A DNA stretch of 24,000 nucleotides from positions 109,282-133,281 of the forward strand of contig JBMHDN010000032.1 in the NCBI GenBank assembly GCA_049889355.1, in the 5' to 3' direction. The first letter of the stretch is position 1. Each line of letters opens with the position of its first letter. The notes beneath the pieces were generated by a model, which did not search any database, was not told the DNA's origin, and worked only from the letters and a program-made list of their open reading frames with translations. Made by a program: the position numbers and the translations under genes. Shown here one piece after another: positions 7,371 through 18,407 of this stretch. Source of the DNA: Candidatus Puniceispirillaceae bacterium. GTDB taxonomy: Bacteria; Pseudomonadota; Alphaproteobacteria; Puniceispirillales; Puniceispirillaceae.

Positions 7371-8624
7371 TCAAGAATCCAGCACCTGGCCTTTTTCCAT
7401 ATATTCCTGATCAATATCCAGAATATCCTTGTCCTGAATAGCCCGTTCAAATGATTGCAGACGCTTGAAAATCGAGATCAGCTCAATAATCGTGGTCCAG
7501 CTATTCACCAGATATTGGAAGGAATTAGACACTTGCGAGAAGGCGGTGATGATTTGCTGCATCACCCCATAGGTAAAGGCCGCCGCCGCAATCGCCGGGA
7601 TCAGAATAATATAGACAAAGATATTATCTGTTTGCAGATACAAGCCGCGGAAGACATTGAAATACATGTAATGGAAATAGAGACGGAAATAATTACGTCT
7701 CACATTGCCAAAAAGCTCCATCACTGTTGGTGGCTCAGCACGTGTTTCATCATCTTCGCCATAAACAAGCTCTTTGCGATAGGCCGCTTCAACACGCTGA
7801 TTGCGAAATTCAAGGCCTGGCAATTTGATACCCACAGCTGCCAAGAGACCTGTCCCGAAAATTGACCAAAACAGCGCAGCGGTAAGCAGTGGATAAGGAA
7901 TTGCGCCCACAATTGGCAATGTATCCACATAGCTGGACAGCGAAATCAGCAAAGGCAGGAAGGCAAATAAAGTCATGATCGCATCAACGATGGAAACGCC
8001 CAGCCCTTCCATAATACCGGCAAAACGCATGGTATCTTCCTGCACACGCTGGGCTGCCCCCTCAATATGGCGCAACCGGCCCCAGCGCGACATATAAAAA
8101 TCATTCATCGCATTACGCCAGCGGAAGATGTAATGGCTGACAAAAAAGCGCGTGGCGACATAAATCACCATCCAGACCAGCGCGATTTGCGCGAAAATCA
8201 GAATAAGGCTGTAAAACTCACCTGGGGTCACAGAATTTTCAGGGTTGAGCGCATTTTGAAGCAGGTCAAAAAATGGCCGCCGCCAATGGTTGATCGCAAC
8301 CGACACCTGCACCGAGAAATAAGTGGAAAACAGGATCAGCTGAGAGCCAACAATCGACCAGATCTGCCAGGGGTGTGGACAATAGCGGAACCAAAAGCCG
8401 GTAAATAGCGCACTAATGATGAAATAATAAATATAAAACCAGATAAAGTCAGGCGTGAAGAAAAATCCCATCCCAACAACAGGTTCAGCCCCTTCTGGTC
8501 TGGCCAGCCCAAAGCTCGCTCCTAAATCTGCGCCAAACAGATACCAAAAGGCCACCACAATCGCAGCCCAGACAATGGCACTGGTAAAAAACAGCTTTGG
8601 TCTTGGAAAAAATGACTCAAGCAT
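7371..8624 (-). CDS. bacA: SbmA/BacA-type peptide (antimicrobial peptide / microcin) uptake transporter, TMD-only ABC-like protein
   Basis: The 417-aa protein is near-colinear with E. coli SbmA as I recall it. Shared stretches include [88 protein letters not shown] and [14 protein letters not shown]. An AGGAGAGG SD precedes the ATG at 8624. Confidence 0.93.
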   Translation of the reverse strand: MLESFFPRPKLFFTSAIVWAAIVVAFWYLFGADLGASFGLARPEGAEPVVGMGFFFTPDFIWFYIYYFIISALFTGFWFRYCPHPWQIWSIVGSQLILFSTYFSVQVSVAINHWRRPFFDLLQNALNPENSVTPGEFYSLILIFAQIALVWMVIYVATRFFVSHYIFRWRNAMNDFYMSRWGRLRHIEGAAQRVQEDTMRFAGIMEGLGVSIVDAIMTLFAFLPLLISLSSYVDTLPIVGAIPYPLLTAALFWSIFGTGLLAAVGIKLPGLEFRNQRVEAAYRKELVYGEDDETRAEPPTVMELFGNVRRNYFRLYFHYMYFNVFRGLYLQTDNIFVYIILIPAIAAAAFTYGVMQQIITAFSQVSNSFQYLVNSWTTIIELISIFKRLQSFERAIQDKDILDIDQEYMEKGQVLDS

Positions 8625-8655
8625 CTGTTAACCCCTCTCCTGATGACAACCGTCT

Positions 8656-9768
8656 TTATTGTAATTCTGCATCTTCTACTTGTCGGTGCAAAGCGATATT
8701 TACCACCACACCGAGCGCAGCAAATACACTCAACATGGCGGTGCCACCATATGAAATCAATGGCAAAGGCGCACCAACCACTGGCAATAAGCCCGTCACC
8801 ATAGCGATATTCACAAAGACATAAGAGAAAATCATCATCGCAATCCCCACACAAACAAGCCGGCTGAACCGGTTTTCAGAGGAAAGCCCAATACGGAATA
8901 TACCGCCCAATATCGCCAGATATACCCCAAGCACAACCAGATTTCCGACTAGACCAAATTCCTCGCCTATCATGGTAAAGACAAAATCGGTTTGTTTTTC
9001 GGGTAGATAGTTTAATTGAGATTGAGAGCCCATCAAAAAGCCTTTTCCGAAAAGCCCGCCTGAACCAAGCGCAATTTTAGATTGGGTGATTTGATAGCCT
9101 GCCCCCAGCATATCTGCCTCTGGGTTCAAAAACGTCATCACGCGCGCTTTTTGATAGTCATAAAGCTGAGACCAGATAACCGGGATTGAGGCCAGAACGC
9201 CAGCAAGGCTCAGGAAAATATAGCGTTTTGGCAGGCCTGCCGAAAAAATAACCGCTAAGCCGCCGAGCATTAGCATCAAGGCAGTGCCCAAATCAGGTTG
9301 TGTCACCACAAGACCAAAGGGAATAGCCAGCATCAAAATGGGAATGATATAGCTTGAAATCCGGCTGATATCATCAGGCTGGCGTGTTGAGAAATAGCGC
9401 GCCAAGGCAATAATAAGCGCCAATTTAGCAGGCTCAGATGGCTGAAAATTAAAGCCGCCAATCGCGATCCAACGCACTGCCCCTGTACCAACCCCTATCA
9501 CCGGCAATATGGCCAGAACGGCCACAGCACCCAGCAAGCCAGCATAGCTGAAATCATAAATCAGGCGTAAAGGCAGGGCCGCAATGACGATAATCATCAC
9601 CACCCCGAGGCAGGCCCTGATGATATGGCGTTCTGCCCAAGGAGACCAAGCCCCTTCTGAGGCAGAATAGAGAGCCAAAGAGCCGACCAAAACCAACATC
9701 GCGGTGAAAAGCAGCATCAGCCAAGGAACGGCTATCACGATTTTAAAAGGCGTATTGGGTCTGCTCAT
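8656..9768 (-). CDS. rodA: SEDS-family peptidoglycan glycosyltransferase RodA (elongasome)
   Basis: This is a polytopic membrane protein with typical SEDS stretches (QPSEPAKL, PDLGTAL, LPEKQTDFVFTMIGEEFG, PLPLISYGGTAML). I place the start at the ATG at 9768 (MSRPNTPFK, 370 aa), 4 nt after the mrdA stop. The ORF-track start at 9852 would overlap mrdA by 80 nt. Confidence 0.93.
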   Translation of the reverse strand: MSRPNTPFKIVIAVPWLMLLFTAMLVLVGSLALYSASEGAWSPWAERHIIRACLGVVMIIVIAALPLRLIYDFSYAGLLGAVAVLAILPVIGVGTGAVRWIAIGGFNFQPSEPAKLALIIALARYFSTRQPDDISRISSYIIPILMLAIPFGLVVTQPDLGTALMLMLGGLAVIFSAGLPKRYIFLSLAGVLASIPVIWSQLYDYQKARVMTFLNPEADMLGAGYQITQSKIALGSGGLFGKGFLMGSQSQLNYLPEKQTDFVFTMIGEEFGLVGNLVVLGVYLAILGGIFRIGLSSENRFSRLVCVGIAMMIFSYVFVNIAMVTGLLPVVGAPLPLISYGGTAMLSVFAALGVVVNIALHRQVEDAELQ

Positions 9769-9772
9769 CTCA

Positions 9773-11728
9773 TCACACCCCTTCGCGTCCCAGAAGATAG
9801 GCAAAGACATCACGCGCGACAGGCGCGGCCATGCTAGAGCCTGAGCCGCCATGCTCTACCACAACTGAAATCGCATAGCGCGGGTTTTTATACGGGGCAT
9901 AGGCAACAAACAAGGCGTGATCACGTTCTTTCCATGGCCTGTCAATATTATCAATAATGCCGGCATCACGTTGTGCTTGAGTAATCCGTTTGACCTGCAC
10001 CGTTCCGGTCTTTCCGGCAATCTGATAGTCTGGCAAATCATAACGCCGCGCCGTCCCAAATCCACCTTGCATCACCGCGCGCATCCCGCGGCGCATCTCG
10101 CGCAATATATCAGAAGAGACTGGTATGGGTTCAAATTTGCGACTGTCTAAATCATCTGATTGAATGATGGTCGGGCTGATTTGTTGGCCAGTGGCAATAC
10201 GCCCTGTCATCACCGCCAGCTGTATCGGCGTGGTCAGCACAAAACCCTGGCCGATGCCGGCAATCACGGTCTCACCCGGTGTCCAGCTGGTCCCATAGCG
10301 TGCTTTCTTCCAATCTCGATTAGGCATCACGCCAATTTTCTCACCCGGAATGCCAAGGCCAGATACCTCACCAAGCCCAAAACGTCGGGCCATTTCATGA
10401 ATCTTATTAATCCCTGTTTTCAGTGCAATCTGATAGAAATACACATCGCAGGATTGGGCCACGGCCTGTGTGCCATCCAGCGCGCCATGCCCCCCTTCTC
10501 GCCAGCAATAAAAATTGCGATCGCCAAATTCAAAAAAGCCGCTACAGCCAATTTTGGTACGCGGGCTGATAACCCCCGCTTCCATCGCCGCTGCCATGAC
10601 CACCATTTTAAAAGTGGAACCAGGTGAATAAAGGCCCGATAAGCTCCGGTTCAAGAGCGGGTTGCGTGGATGGGTGTTCACCCGGCTCCAATCGCGTTGT
10701 AACAACCTGTCGGTAAAAATATTTGGATCATAGGACGGCAAGGATACCATCGCCAATACAGCGCCAGTGCGGATGTCAATCACCGAAACAGATCCCGATT
10801 CAGGCGGAATAAGATTATCCTTCGCATCTTTGAAAATTTTATCATCACCTGCTGCAATATGCGCGCGCAAACTCTCATTGGACATTAATCCACGCTGGGC
10901 TTCAGATGAGGATAAATCCACCGGCCGCGCATTGCCTTGCTGCAAACGGTTAGTGATAAAATTCTGTAAATCGATATCGATGGTGAGATGCAAATCATCC
11001 CCCATCTCAGCTTGCCTATCGGTGAGCATGCGTACCGGCTTACCGCGTGCATTCACCTCAATGCGCTCCTGACCTTCACGCCCACGCAGTGAAGCCTCAA
11101 AACTGCGCTCCAAACCCGATTTACCTGTGCGCAAGCCAGGCAGACGGCGCAACCGCCGATTTTCTGAAACCTCACGTGCCGTGACAGGCGAGACATAACC
11201 GGTGATATGAGATAATAATGCGCCTTGCGGATAAATCCGCCTGAACCGTCGCTCAAAGACTGTACCGGGCAGCGCTGATGCGCGTACAGCAAGACGCGCA
11301 AGTTCTCGCTGGGTGAGATTTGAGCGAATAACCACTTCCAGAAAATCAGGCTGTCTTTCTACCTGTTCCAATATATCGCGGCGTTGCTGGGGGGTTAGCC
11401 TGACAATATGACCAACCTTATCGAGTAATTTATCAATATTATCAACATGGGCTGGCACCATCGTTACTTCAAAAACTTCTGAATTATCTGCCAGAATACG
11501 GCCACGGCGATCATAGATACGCCCGCGCGGTGCGACCATCAAACGCTCGTTAAACTGGTTATCATCCGATAATTTTTGATAGGCAGCAGACTGATTAATC
11601 TGGATTTGATAAAGCCGGCCGACCAGCACGGCACTCAGCAGTAATTGACCGCCAGCCACAAATAACATACGGCGCGAGATATTGGTTTTTTGTTCTTTAT
11701 TTTCTTTGCGTTCACGGCGCATCGCCAC
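9773..11728 (-). CDS. mrdA: penicillin-binding protein 2 (elongasome transpeptidase)
   Basis: The protein has an N-terminal membrane anchor, a PBP dimerisation domain, and a transpeptidase domain with STFK (SxxK), SCD (SxN-type) and KTGT (KTG) boxes in the right order. The start is the GTG at 11728 (GAGGA SD 6 nt upstream) or the ATG at 11722. Confidence 0.95.
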   Translation of the reverse strand: MAMRRERKENKEQKTNISRRMLFVAGGQLLLSAVLVGRLYQIQINQSAAYQKLSDDNQFNERLMVAPRGRIYDRRGRILADNSEVFEVTMVPAHVDNIDKLLDKVGHIVRLTPQQRRDILEQVERQPDFLEVVIRSNLTQRELARLAVRASALPGTVFERRFRRIYPQGALLSHITGYVSPVTAREVSENRRLRRLPGLRTGKSGLERSFEASLRGREGQERIEVNARGKPVRMLTDRQAEMGDDLHLTIDIDLQNFITNRLQQGNARPVDLSSSEAQRGLMSNESLRAHIAAGDDKIFKDAKDNLIPPESGSVSVIDIRTGAVLAMVSLPSYDPNIFTDRLLQRDWSRVNTHPRNPLLNRSLSGLYSPGSTFKMVVMAAAMEAGVISPRTKIGCSGFFEFGDRNFYCWREGGHGALDGTQAVAQSCDVYFYQIALKTGINKIHEMARRFGLGEVSGLGIPGEKIGVMPNRDWKKARYGTSWTPGETVIAGIGQGFVLTTPIQLAVMTGRIATGQQISPTIIQSDDLDSRKFEPIPVSSDILREMRRGMRAVMQGGFGTARRYDLPDYQIAGKTGTVQVKRITQAQRDAGIIDNIDRPWKERDHALFVAYAPYKNPRYAISVVVEHGGSGSSMAAPVARDVFAYLLGREGV

Positions 11729-11769
11729 ATCAATTCCTCAGGCTATAAGAATCCAAACCTAAATCATGT

Positions 11770-12435
11770 TCATCCATTATTCATCCGGCTGACAAGGCTA
11801 TTCAAAAAGAACATCACCACAAAAATAACAGGAAAGAAGATGATATTCAGGCCTGTTTGAAGCGCCATCTCACTCAAATCCGGAATGGTCAGATGAACCG
11901 CCAGAAAAACACCAAGCCGCCACAGCGCAATCACCAGACAGACCGAGGCGAAATGGGCCCAGAGCGACAGAAAATCCTCCCCTTCGCGGTCAAAGGGCCG
12001 ATAGGTCAGCCAAATCACCAATATCGGCAGGTAAATCACCCGCACACCCAACATATCAAGCCCTAATATTTCAGCAAAAAAGGCAATGATCCAAACAGAA
12101 CTTAAGGGCAGGACCAGAGGTTGATAGAGTGCCAGAAGATAGACATAAAACAAGCTCAGCATTGGTGTAGCTGACGAAAAAAACGACCAATTGGCCAGTT
12201 GCATTTCCACCAGAACCAGAAACAGCCCTATCATCAGCACCAAAAAGCGAGAGGATAGAAACCGAGCTGGATGGGTAGGCTGAATGGTTTCCTTCATGCG
12301 GCTGAGATAGCCACCATCTGTGTTATGCCGCCCGCCACTCTGGCGGCTCTGTCTTTGGCCTGCATGACCAAATCCGCGACCACCGCTTGTGCTCATATCT
12401 GTTTTCGTGCCCACCGCACGCCCACCACGCACCAT
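11770..12435 (-). CDS. mreD: rod shape-determining protein MreD, with an unusual Arg/Gly-rich N-terminal extension
   Basis: It sits between mreC and mrdA, and about 175 aa of the C-terminal part is multi-pass hydrophobic, as expected for MreD. The ATG at 12435 overlaps the mreC TGA (TGATG) and has GGAG 8 nt upstream. The alternative internal start at 12297 (MKETIQ) lacks an SD. Confidence 0.8.
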   Translation of the reverse strand: MVRGGRAVGTKTDMSTSGGRGFGHAGQRQSRQSGGRHNTDGGYLSRMKETIQPTHPARFLSSRFLVLMIGLFLVLVEMQLANWSFFSSATPMLSLFYVYLLALYQPLVLPLSSVWIIAFFAEILGLDMLGVRVIYLPILVIWLTYRPFDREGEDFLSLWAHFASVCLVIALWRLGVFLAVHLTIPDLSEMALQTGLNIIFFPVIFVVMFFLNSLVSRMNNG

Positions 12436-13391
12436 CAATTGCGCTCCGAGGGCTGTGTTTGCTGATCAATGACAGGCAACACATCACGTGTATTAAACCC
12501 TTCTAGCAAACGTTCATCTTCTGGATTGATCAAAGGGGTAAAAAATCCGTCTAAATCAGAGAGCTCAGCTGAGGTTGCTTCTTCATCACGCAGCAAAACC
12601 GAGACAAAGGAGAGCTGGCGCAAATCTACCGATGGGCGCACCAGCACCTGTTCACTGGATATCTGTTCGATACGACCGACCGGAATACCAGCTGGCAACA
12701 CACCGCCATGACCTGAGGTCTGCACAAGCTCGCCTTTGGTAGGGCGCGCTTCAAGCGGCAAAAATTGAAGCTTTAAGAGCAGGCTGTTCTGGCCATGAAT
12801 AAGGCCTGGCCAACTTGAGCGGCTGAGAATAACTGGGATACGCGCATTCACATCACTGAGCAGTAGCACACGTGAATAGCGGTTCCCCGGTTCAACAATC
12901 ATGCCCACAAGCCCATCTGCGGTTACCACCGGATCGCCGCGCCGAACTGCAAATCCCTCACCATGCTGAATCAGCACTGTTTGCACAAAACTGCTGCCAG
13001 GGGCTGTAATAACGCGGGCGGTGACCGCCACCCTGTCTTGCGGGATCACCGCGCCCAATACTGAACGTAACTGGCGGTTTTCTGATTCTAATATTTCGGC
13101 GCGTCTTTGCCACCGCCGTAGCCGCTCATTTTGAGCTTTAAGCCGCTGTGCCTCTTCGCGCAGGGACGCCACAGTGCGCATCCCTTCAAACATGTTTTCG
13201 ATTGACTGGATAGGGGCAGCTACCGCCTCCATCAGCGGTGCGATAACCTCTACCACACCTGACTTCACATGACGGGCAGCGGTAATGTCGGCTTTGCCTA
13301 CAAAAATCAGCAAAAAACCAATCAAAACAAGAAGGATTTGGGGCAGCCGGCTGGCACGTTCTTTTCGCCTGCCAACCAGTCGACCTTCCAT
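12435..13391 (-). CDS. mreC: rod shape-determining protein MreC
   Basis: The 318-aa protein has an N-terminal anchor (LPQILLVLIGFLLIF), a coiled-coil segment (LREEAQRLKAQNERLRRWQRRAEILESENRQLR) and C-terminal beta-rich domains. It lies between mreB and mreD. Confidence 0.92.
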   Translation of the reverse strand: MEGRLVGRRKERASRLPQILLVLIGFLLIFVGKADITAARHVKSGVVEVIAPLMEAVAAPIQSIENMFEGMRTVASLREEAQRLKAQNERLRRWQRRAEILESENRQLRSVLGAVIPQDRVAVTARVITAPGSSFVQTVLIQHGEGFAVRRGDPVVTADGLVGMIVEPGNRYSRVLLLSDVNARIPVILSRSSWPGLIHGQNSLLLKLQFLPLEARPTKGELVQTSGHGGVLPAGIPVGRIEQISSEQVLVRPSVDLRQLSFVSVLLRDEEATSAELSDLDGFFTPLINPEDERLLEGFNTRDVLPVIDQQTQPSERN

Positions 13392-13397
13392 CTTTTC

Positions 13398-14501
<1,104 letters not shown>

Positions 14502-14522
14502 TCAAAAAAGAATAGTCTGTTC

Positions 14523-14565
14523 AAATAGAAAACTGGCCACTTTTCTTTACCAGAAAAGCAGCCAG
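14523..14565 (-). terminator. rho-independent terminator after ilvC
   Basis: The minus strand reads CTGGC-TG-CTTTTCT-ggtaa-AGAAAAG-TG-GCCAG-TTTTCTATTT, a 12 bp Watson-Crick stem plus two G.U pairs followed by a U-rich tail. It lies about 30 nt after the ilvC stop. Confidence 0.8.
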
Positions 14566-14594
14566 CCTGTCATTGCGTTTATCGCGTGATGAAT

Positions 14595-15632
<1,038 letters not shown>

Positions 15633-15738
15633 TTAGGATTACGAGACAGGTGGTAGCTTCCTTCTGCTATGCTGTCAATTTGGATTTAAGTTTTCAGGGC
15701 TGATAACGGCCAGATTGGCTGTCTGAACCGTGCTTTGG

Positions 15739-16260
15739 CTAGTCAGCCAGGTCTATTTGATTGCCGCGGGTAATACCACAGACACCGGTCCGCGCGATTT
15801 CGACCTGACCCAAGGCACGCATCAAATCAATAAAAGCGGTGACTTTAGATGAATTGCCGGTGATTTCGAAAATGAAGCTGTTGAGCGTGCTATCTAATGT
15901 TCTTGCTCTGAAGCTGTCAGCCAGGCGCAATGCTTCAACCCGGGCATCGCCGTCATTGAGCACTTTCACCAGGGCCATTTCACGTTCTACATGGGCAGGC
16001 CCAACGGTGAGGTCTTCAACCATATGGACCGGCACGATTTTAGCCAGCTGGGCTTTGATCTGTTCAATCACATTGGGTGTGCCGGTTGTAACCACCGAAA
16101 TGCGTGATGTATGCTGGGCCGCATCTACCTCAGATACGGTCAGGCTTTCGATATTATAGCCGCGCCCTGAAAACAGGCCGACCACACGGGCCAAAACGCC
16201 CGGCTCATTATCAACCAAAATAGACAGGGTATGCGCTTCAATAGCGGTATTGTCGAACAT
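15739..16260 (-). CDS. ilvN: acetolactate synthase (AHAS) small regulatory subunit
   Basis: The 173-aa protein has an N-terminal ACT domain (HTLSILVDNEPGVLARVVGLFSGRGYNIESLTV). It lies directly downstream of the AHAS large subunit gene. Confidence 0.95.
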   Translation of the reverse strand: MFDNTAIEAHTLSILVDNEPGVLARVVGLFSGRGYNIESLTVSEVDAAQHTSRISVVTTGTPNVIEQIKAQLAKIVPVHMVEDLTVGPAHVEREMALVKVLNDGDARVEALRLADSFRARTLDSTLNSFIFEITGNSSKVTAFIDLMRALGQVEIARTGVCGITRGNQIDLAD

Positions 16261-16346
16261 GATATCTCCTTAAGAAGAGCGTGATGGCCATTTTCACAGG
16301 TTATGGCCACCAAAACAGAGTAAACCAGATACTAAAAACCGAAAGG

Positions 16347-18140
16347 CTAGACGAGAATTTTGCCTTCTTCAGAAATAGCGTCTTCGCTGTCTTCTGGCCC
16401 CAAAATCATCTCATTATGTGCAGCACCAGATGGGATCATCGGGAAGCAATTTTCTTCTTTTTCAACACGAATATCAGCAATGACAGGGCCATCTGTGGCC
16501 AGCATTTCCTGAATAACACCATCCAGATCATCATTAGTCTGCGCCACCAGGCCCTTCATGCCAAAGGTATCCGCTAGCTTGACGAAATCAGGCAATGAGG
16601 CTGAATAACTCTCAGAATAGCGCCCACCATGGATCAATTCCTGCCATTGCCGTACCATCCCCATCCATTCATTATTGATGATGAACATTTTCACCGGCAA
16701 ACGATATTGTGCGAGGGTGGAGAGTTCCTGCATATTCATCATGAACGAAGCTTCACCTGCGATATCCACGACCGTAGCATCTGGATGCGCAATCTGTGTG
16801 CCCATAGCAGCAGGCAGGCCATAGCCCATCGTGCCAAGGCCACCTGAGGTCATCCAGCGGTTTGGCTTGGAAAACCCGTAATATTGAGCCGCCCACATCT
16901 GGTGCTGACCCACTTCAGTTGTGACATAGGTCTCACGATCTTGTGTCAGTTCAAACAATCGGCGGATCGCATGTTGTGGCTTGATAATCGGGCCGGTTTG
17001 TTTGTAAGCCAGACATTGACGCCCGCGCCAACCTTCAATTTGATCCCACCATTTTTTCAATCCGGTTGTATCTGGTGCAAAAGACTGTGCCTTCATCTCA
17101 GCCAGCAGCGCATCAATTACCGCTTCTGCATCACCAATAATACCCAAATCAACAGGCACATTTTTATTGATAGATGACGGGTCAATATCGACATGAATTT
17201 TCGTAGATGCAGGCGAGAAATCAGAGAGGCGGCCAGTCACGCGATCATCAAAACGTGCACCCAGATTGAGCATCAAATCACAATGATACATCGTCAGGTT
17301 GGCTTCATAGGTTCCATGCATACCCAGCATACCAAGGAAATGCGGATCATCATGTGGCAAGGCGCCAAGACCCATCAATGTCAAAGTGGTCGGCCAGCCC
17401 GTCATCCGCACCAATTCGCGTAGCTTTTCAGAAGCAGCAGGCCCTGAATTAATCAGACCGCCACCGCCATAAATCACCGGACGTTTTGCCTTTTTCAGCA
17501 TTTTGACCGCCTGTTTAATGAGGTCAGCATCTGGCTTGGTCTGAGGCTGATAGCGCGGTGTTTCCATCACTTTGGCACCCTTTGTGCGATAGGGTGCATC
17601 CAGCATCAGGATGTTTTTCGGCAAATCAATCACAACTGGCCCAGGGCGGCCTGAGCGCGCCACATGGAAAGCCTCTTCAACGGCGTCATGCAGCTGGCCT
17701 GACTCGGTCACCAGATAATTATGCTTGGTACAAGGACGGGTGATGCCAGAGGTGTCAGCTTCCTGAAACGCGTCTGTTCCGATCAAATGCGAGGGCACCT
17801 GACCTGTCAGACAGACAATCGGCACTGAATCCATCAGCGCATCGGTAAGGCCAGTCACCGCATTGGTTGCCCCAGGGCCAGAGGTGACAAGGACCACTCC
17901 CACCTTACCGGTTGAACGCGCATAGCCTTCGGCTGCGTGGACCGCTGCCTGCTCATGGCGCACCAGAATATGCTTGATGCGATTATTTTTGAACAAGGCA
18001 TCATAAATTGGCAACACCGCACCGCCTGGATAGCCAAAAATTACCTCAACGCCCTGATCTTCCAGCACTTTTAAGAGGAGCTCAGCCCCTGGCATTTGCT
18101 GGGTGGCATCTTTTGTATTTTCTGCGTTCGCGGTCATCAT
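16347..18140 (-). CDS. ilvI: acetolactate synthase (AHAS) large catalytic subunit
   Basis: This is a ThDP enzyme with motifs GYPGGAVLPIYDAL, GPGATN and GGLGTMGYGLPAAMG...NNEWMGMV. I place the start at the ATG-ATG at 18140 (MMTANAEN, about 597 aa). The ORF-track start at 18206 is an upstream in-frame TTG. Confidence 0.95.
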   Translation of the reverse strand: MMTANAENTKDATQQMPGAELLLKVLEDQGVEVIFGYPGGAVLPIYDALFKNNRIKHILVRHEQAAVHAAEGYARSTGKVGVVLVTSGPGATNAVTGLTDALMDSVPIVCLTGQVPSHLIGTDAFQEADTSGITRPCTKHNYLVTESGQLHDAVEEAFHVARSGRPGPVVIDLPKNILMLDAPYRTKGAKVMETPRYQPQTKPDADLIKQAVKMLKKAKRPVIYGGGGLINSGPAASEKLRELVRMTGWPTTLTLMGLGALPHDDPHFLGMLGMHGTYEANLTMYHCDLMLNLGARFDDRVTGRLSDFSPASTKIHVDIDPSSINKNVPVDLGIIGDAEAVIDALLAEMKAQSFAPDTTGLKKWWDQIEGWRGRQCLAYKQTGPIIKPQHAIRRLFELTQDRETYVTTEVGQHQMWAAQYYGFSKPNRWMTSGGLGTMGYGLPAAMGTQIAHPDATVVDIAGEASFMMNMQELSTLAQYRLPVKMFIINNEWMGMVRQWQELIHGGRYSESYSASLPDFVKLADTFGMKGLVAQTNDDLDGVIQEMLATDGPVIADIRVEKEENCFPMIPSGAAHNEMILGPEDSEDAISEEGKILV

Positions 18141-18249
18141 CTTAACCTTTATCTTCAATTGAGACGTTTTGCCCTGTTTCAATATCGACCATCTGATTCG
18201 GAGCAAATGTGATAGCCATCGACCTGTTCCCTAACTTGGTCCCTAGTCA

Positions 18250-18285
18250 GTGCGCTGATCTGTGCGCTGATCTGTGCACTGTCTT
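18250..18285. repeat. 12-bp tandem repeat (2 perfect + 1 degenerate copy) in the ilvI leader
   Basis: GTGCGCTGATCT occupies 18250-18261 and GTGCGCTGATCT occupies 18262-18273. A degenerate copy GTGCACTGTCTT (8/12 identical) occupies 18274-18285. The array is bracketed by the inverted hexamers CAGTGC (18249-18254) and GCACTG (18276-18281). Confidence 0.85.
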
Positions 18286-18328
18286 CACATCGTGCCGTGT
18301 AATCGGTATTTCAATCTGTATTCCATAT

Positions 18329-18371
18329 AAAAAAGGCCGCACCTGCGCTTATCGGAGCAGGATATATGGCC
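18329..18371 (-). terminator. probable rho-independent terminator after miaA
   Basis: The minus strand reads GGCC-atatat-CCTGC-tccgataagc-GCAGG-tgc-GGCC-TTTTTT, beginning about 35 nt after the miaA stop. The stem is interrupted, but the T6 tail is clear. Confidence 0.55.
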
Positions 18372-18407
18372 GTCACTTCGACCAATTAAGCAATTTATGC
18401 CCCATGG

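Noticed and set aside
9769-9852. An N-terminal extension of rodA overlapping mrdA by 80 nt. Similar ORF-track extensions occur for glmU (4333-4407) and ilvI (18141-18206).
   Set aside because: The extensions begin at non-ATG or poorly placed codons and add non-conserved residues ahead of canonical N-termini. Better starts with SD sequences or operon-consistent spacing exist at 9768, 4408 and 18140.
18142-18219. A classical Ile/Val/Leu leader-peptide transcription attenuator for ilvIH.
   Set aside because: The uORF lacks runs of regulatory codons (3 Ile, 2 Val, 0 Leu, all scattered). I could not find alternative terminator/antiterminator hairpins with a U-tract between it and ilvI. It is kept only as a possible coupled uORF.
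18250-18285. CRISPR-like arrays, at this site and at 19413-19472.
   Set aside because: The repeats are 12 bp and directly abutting with no spacers. There are only 3 and 5 copies, and no cas genes are in the window. They are tandem minisatellite-type repeats.
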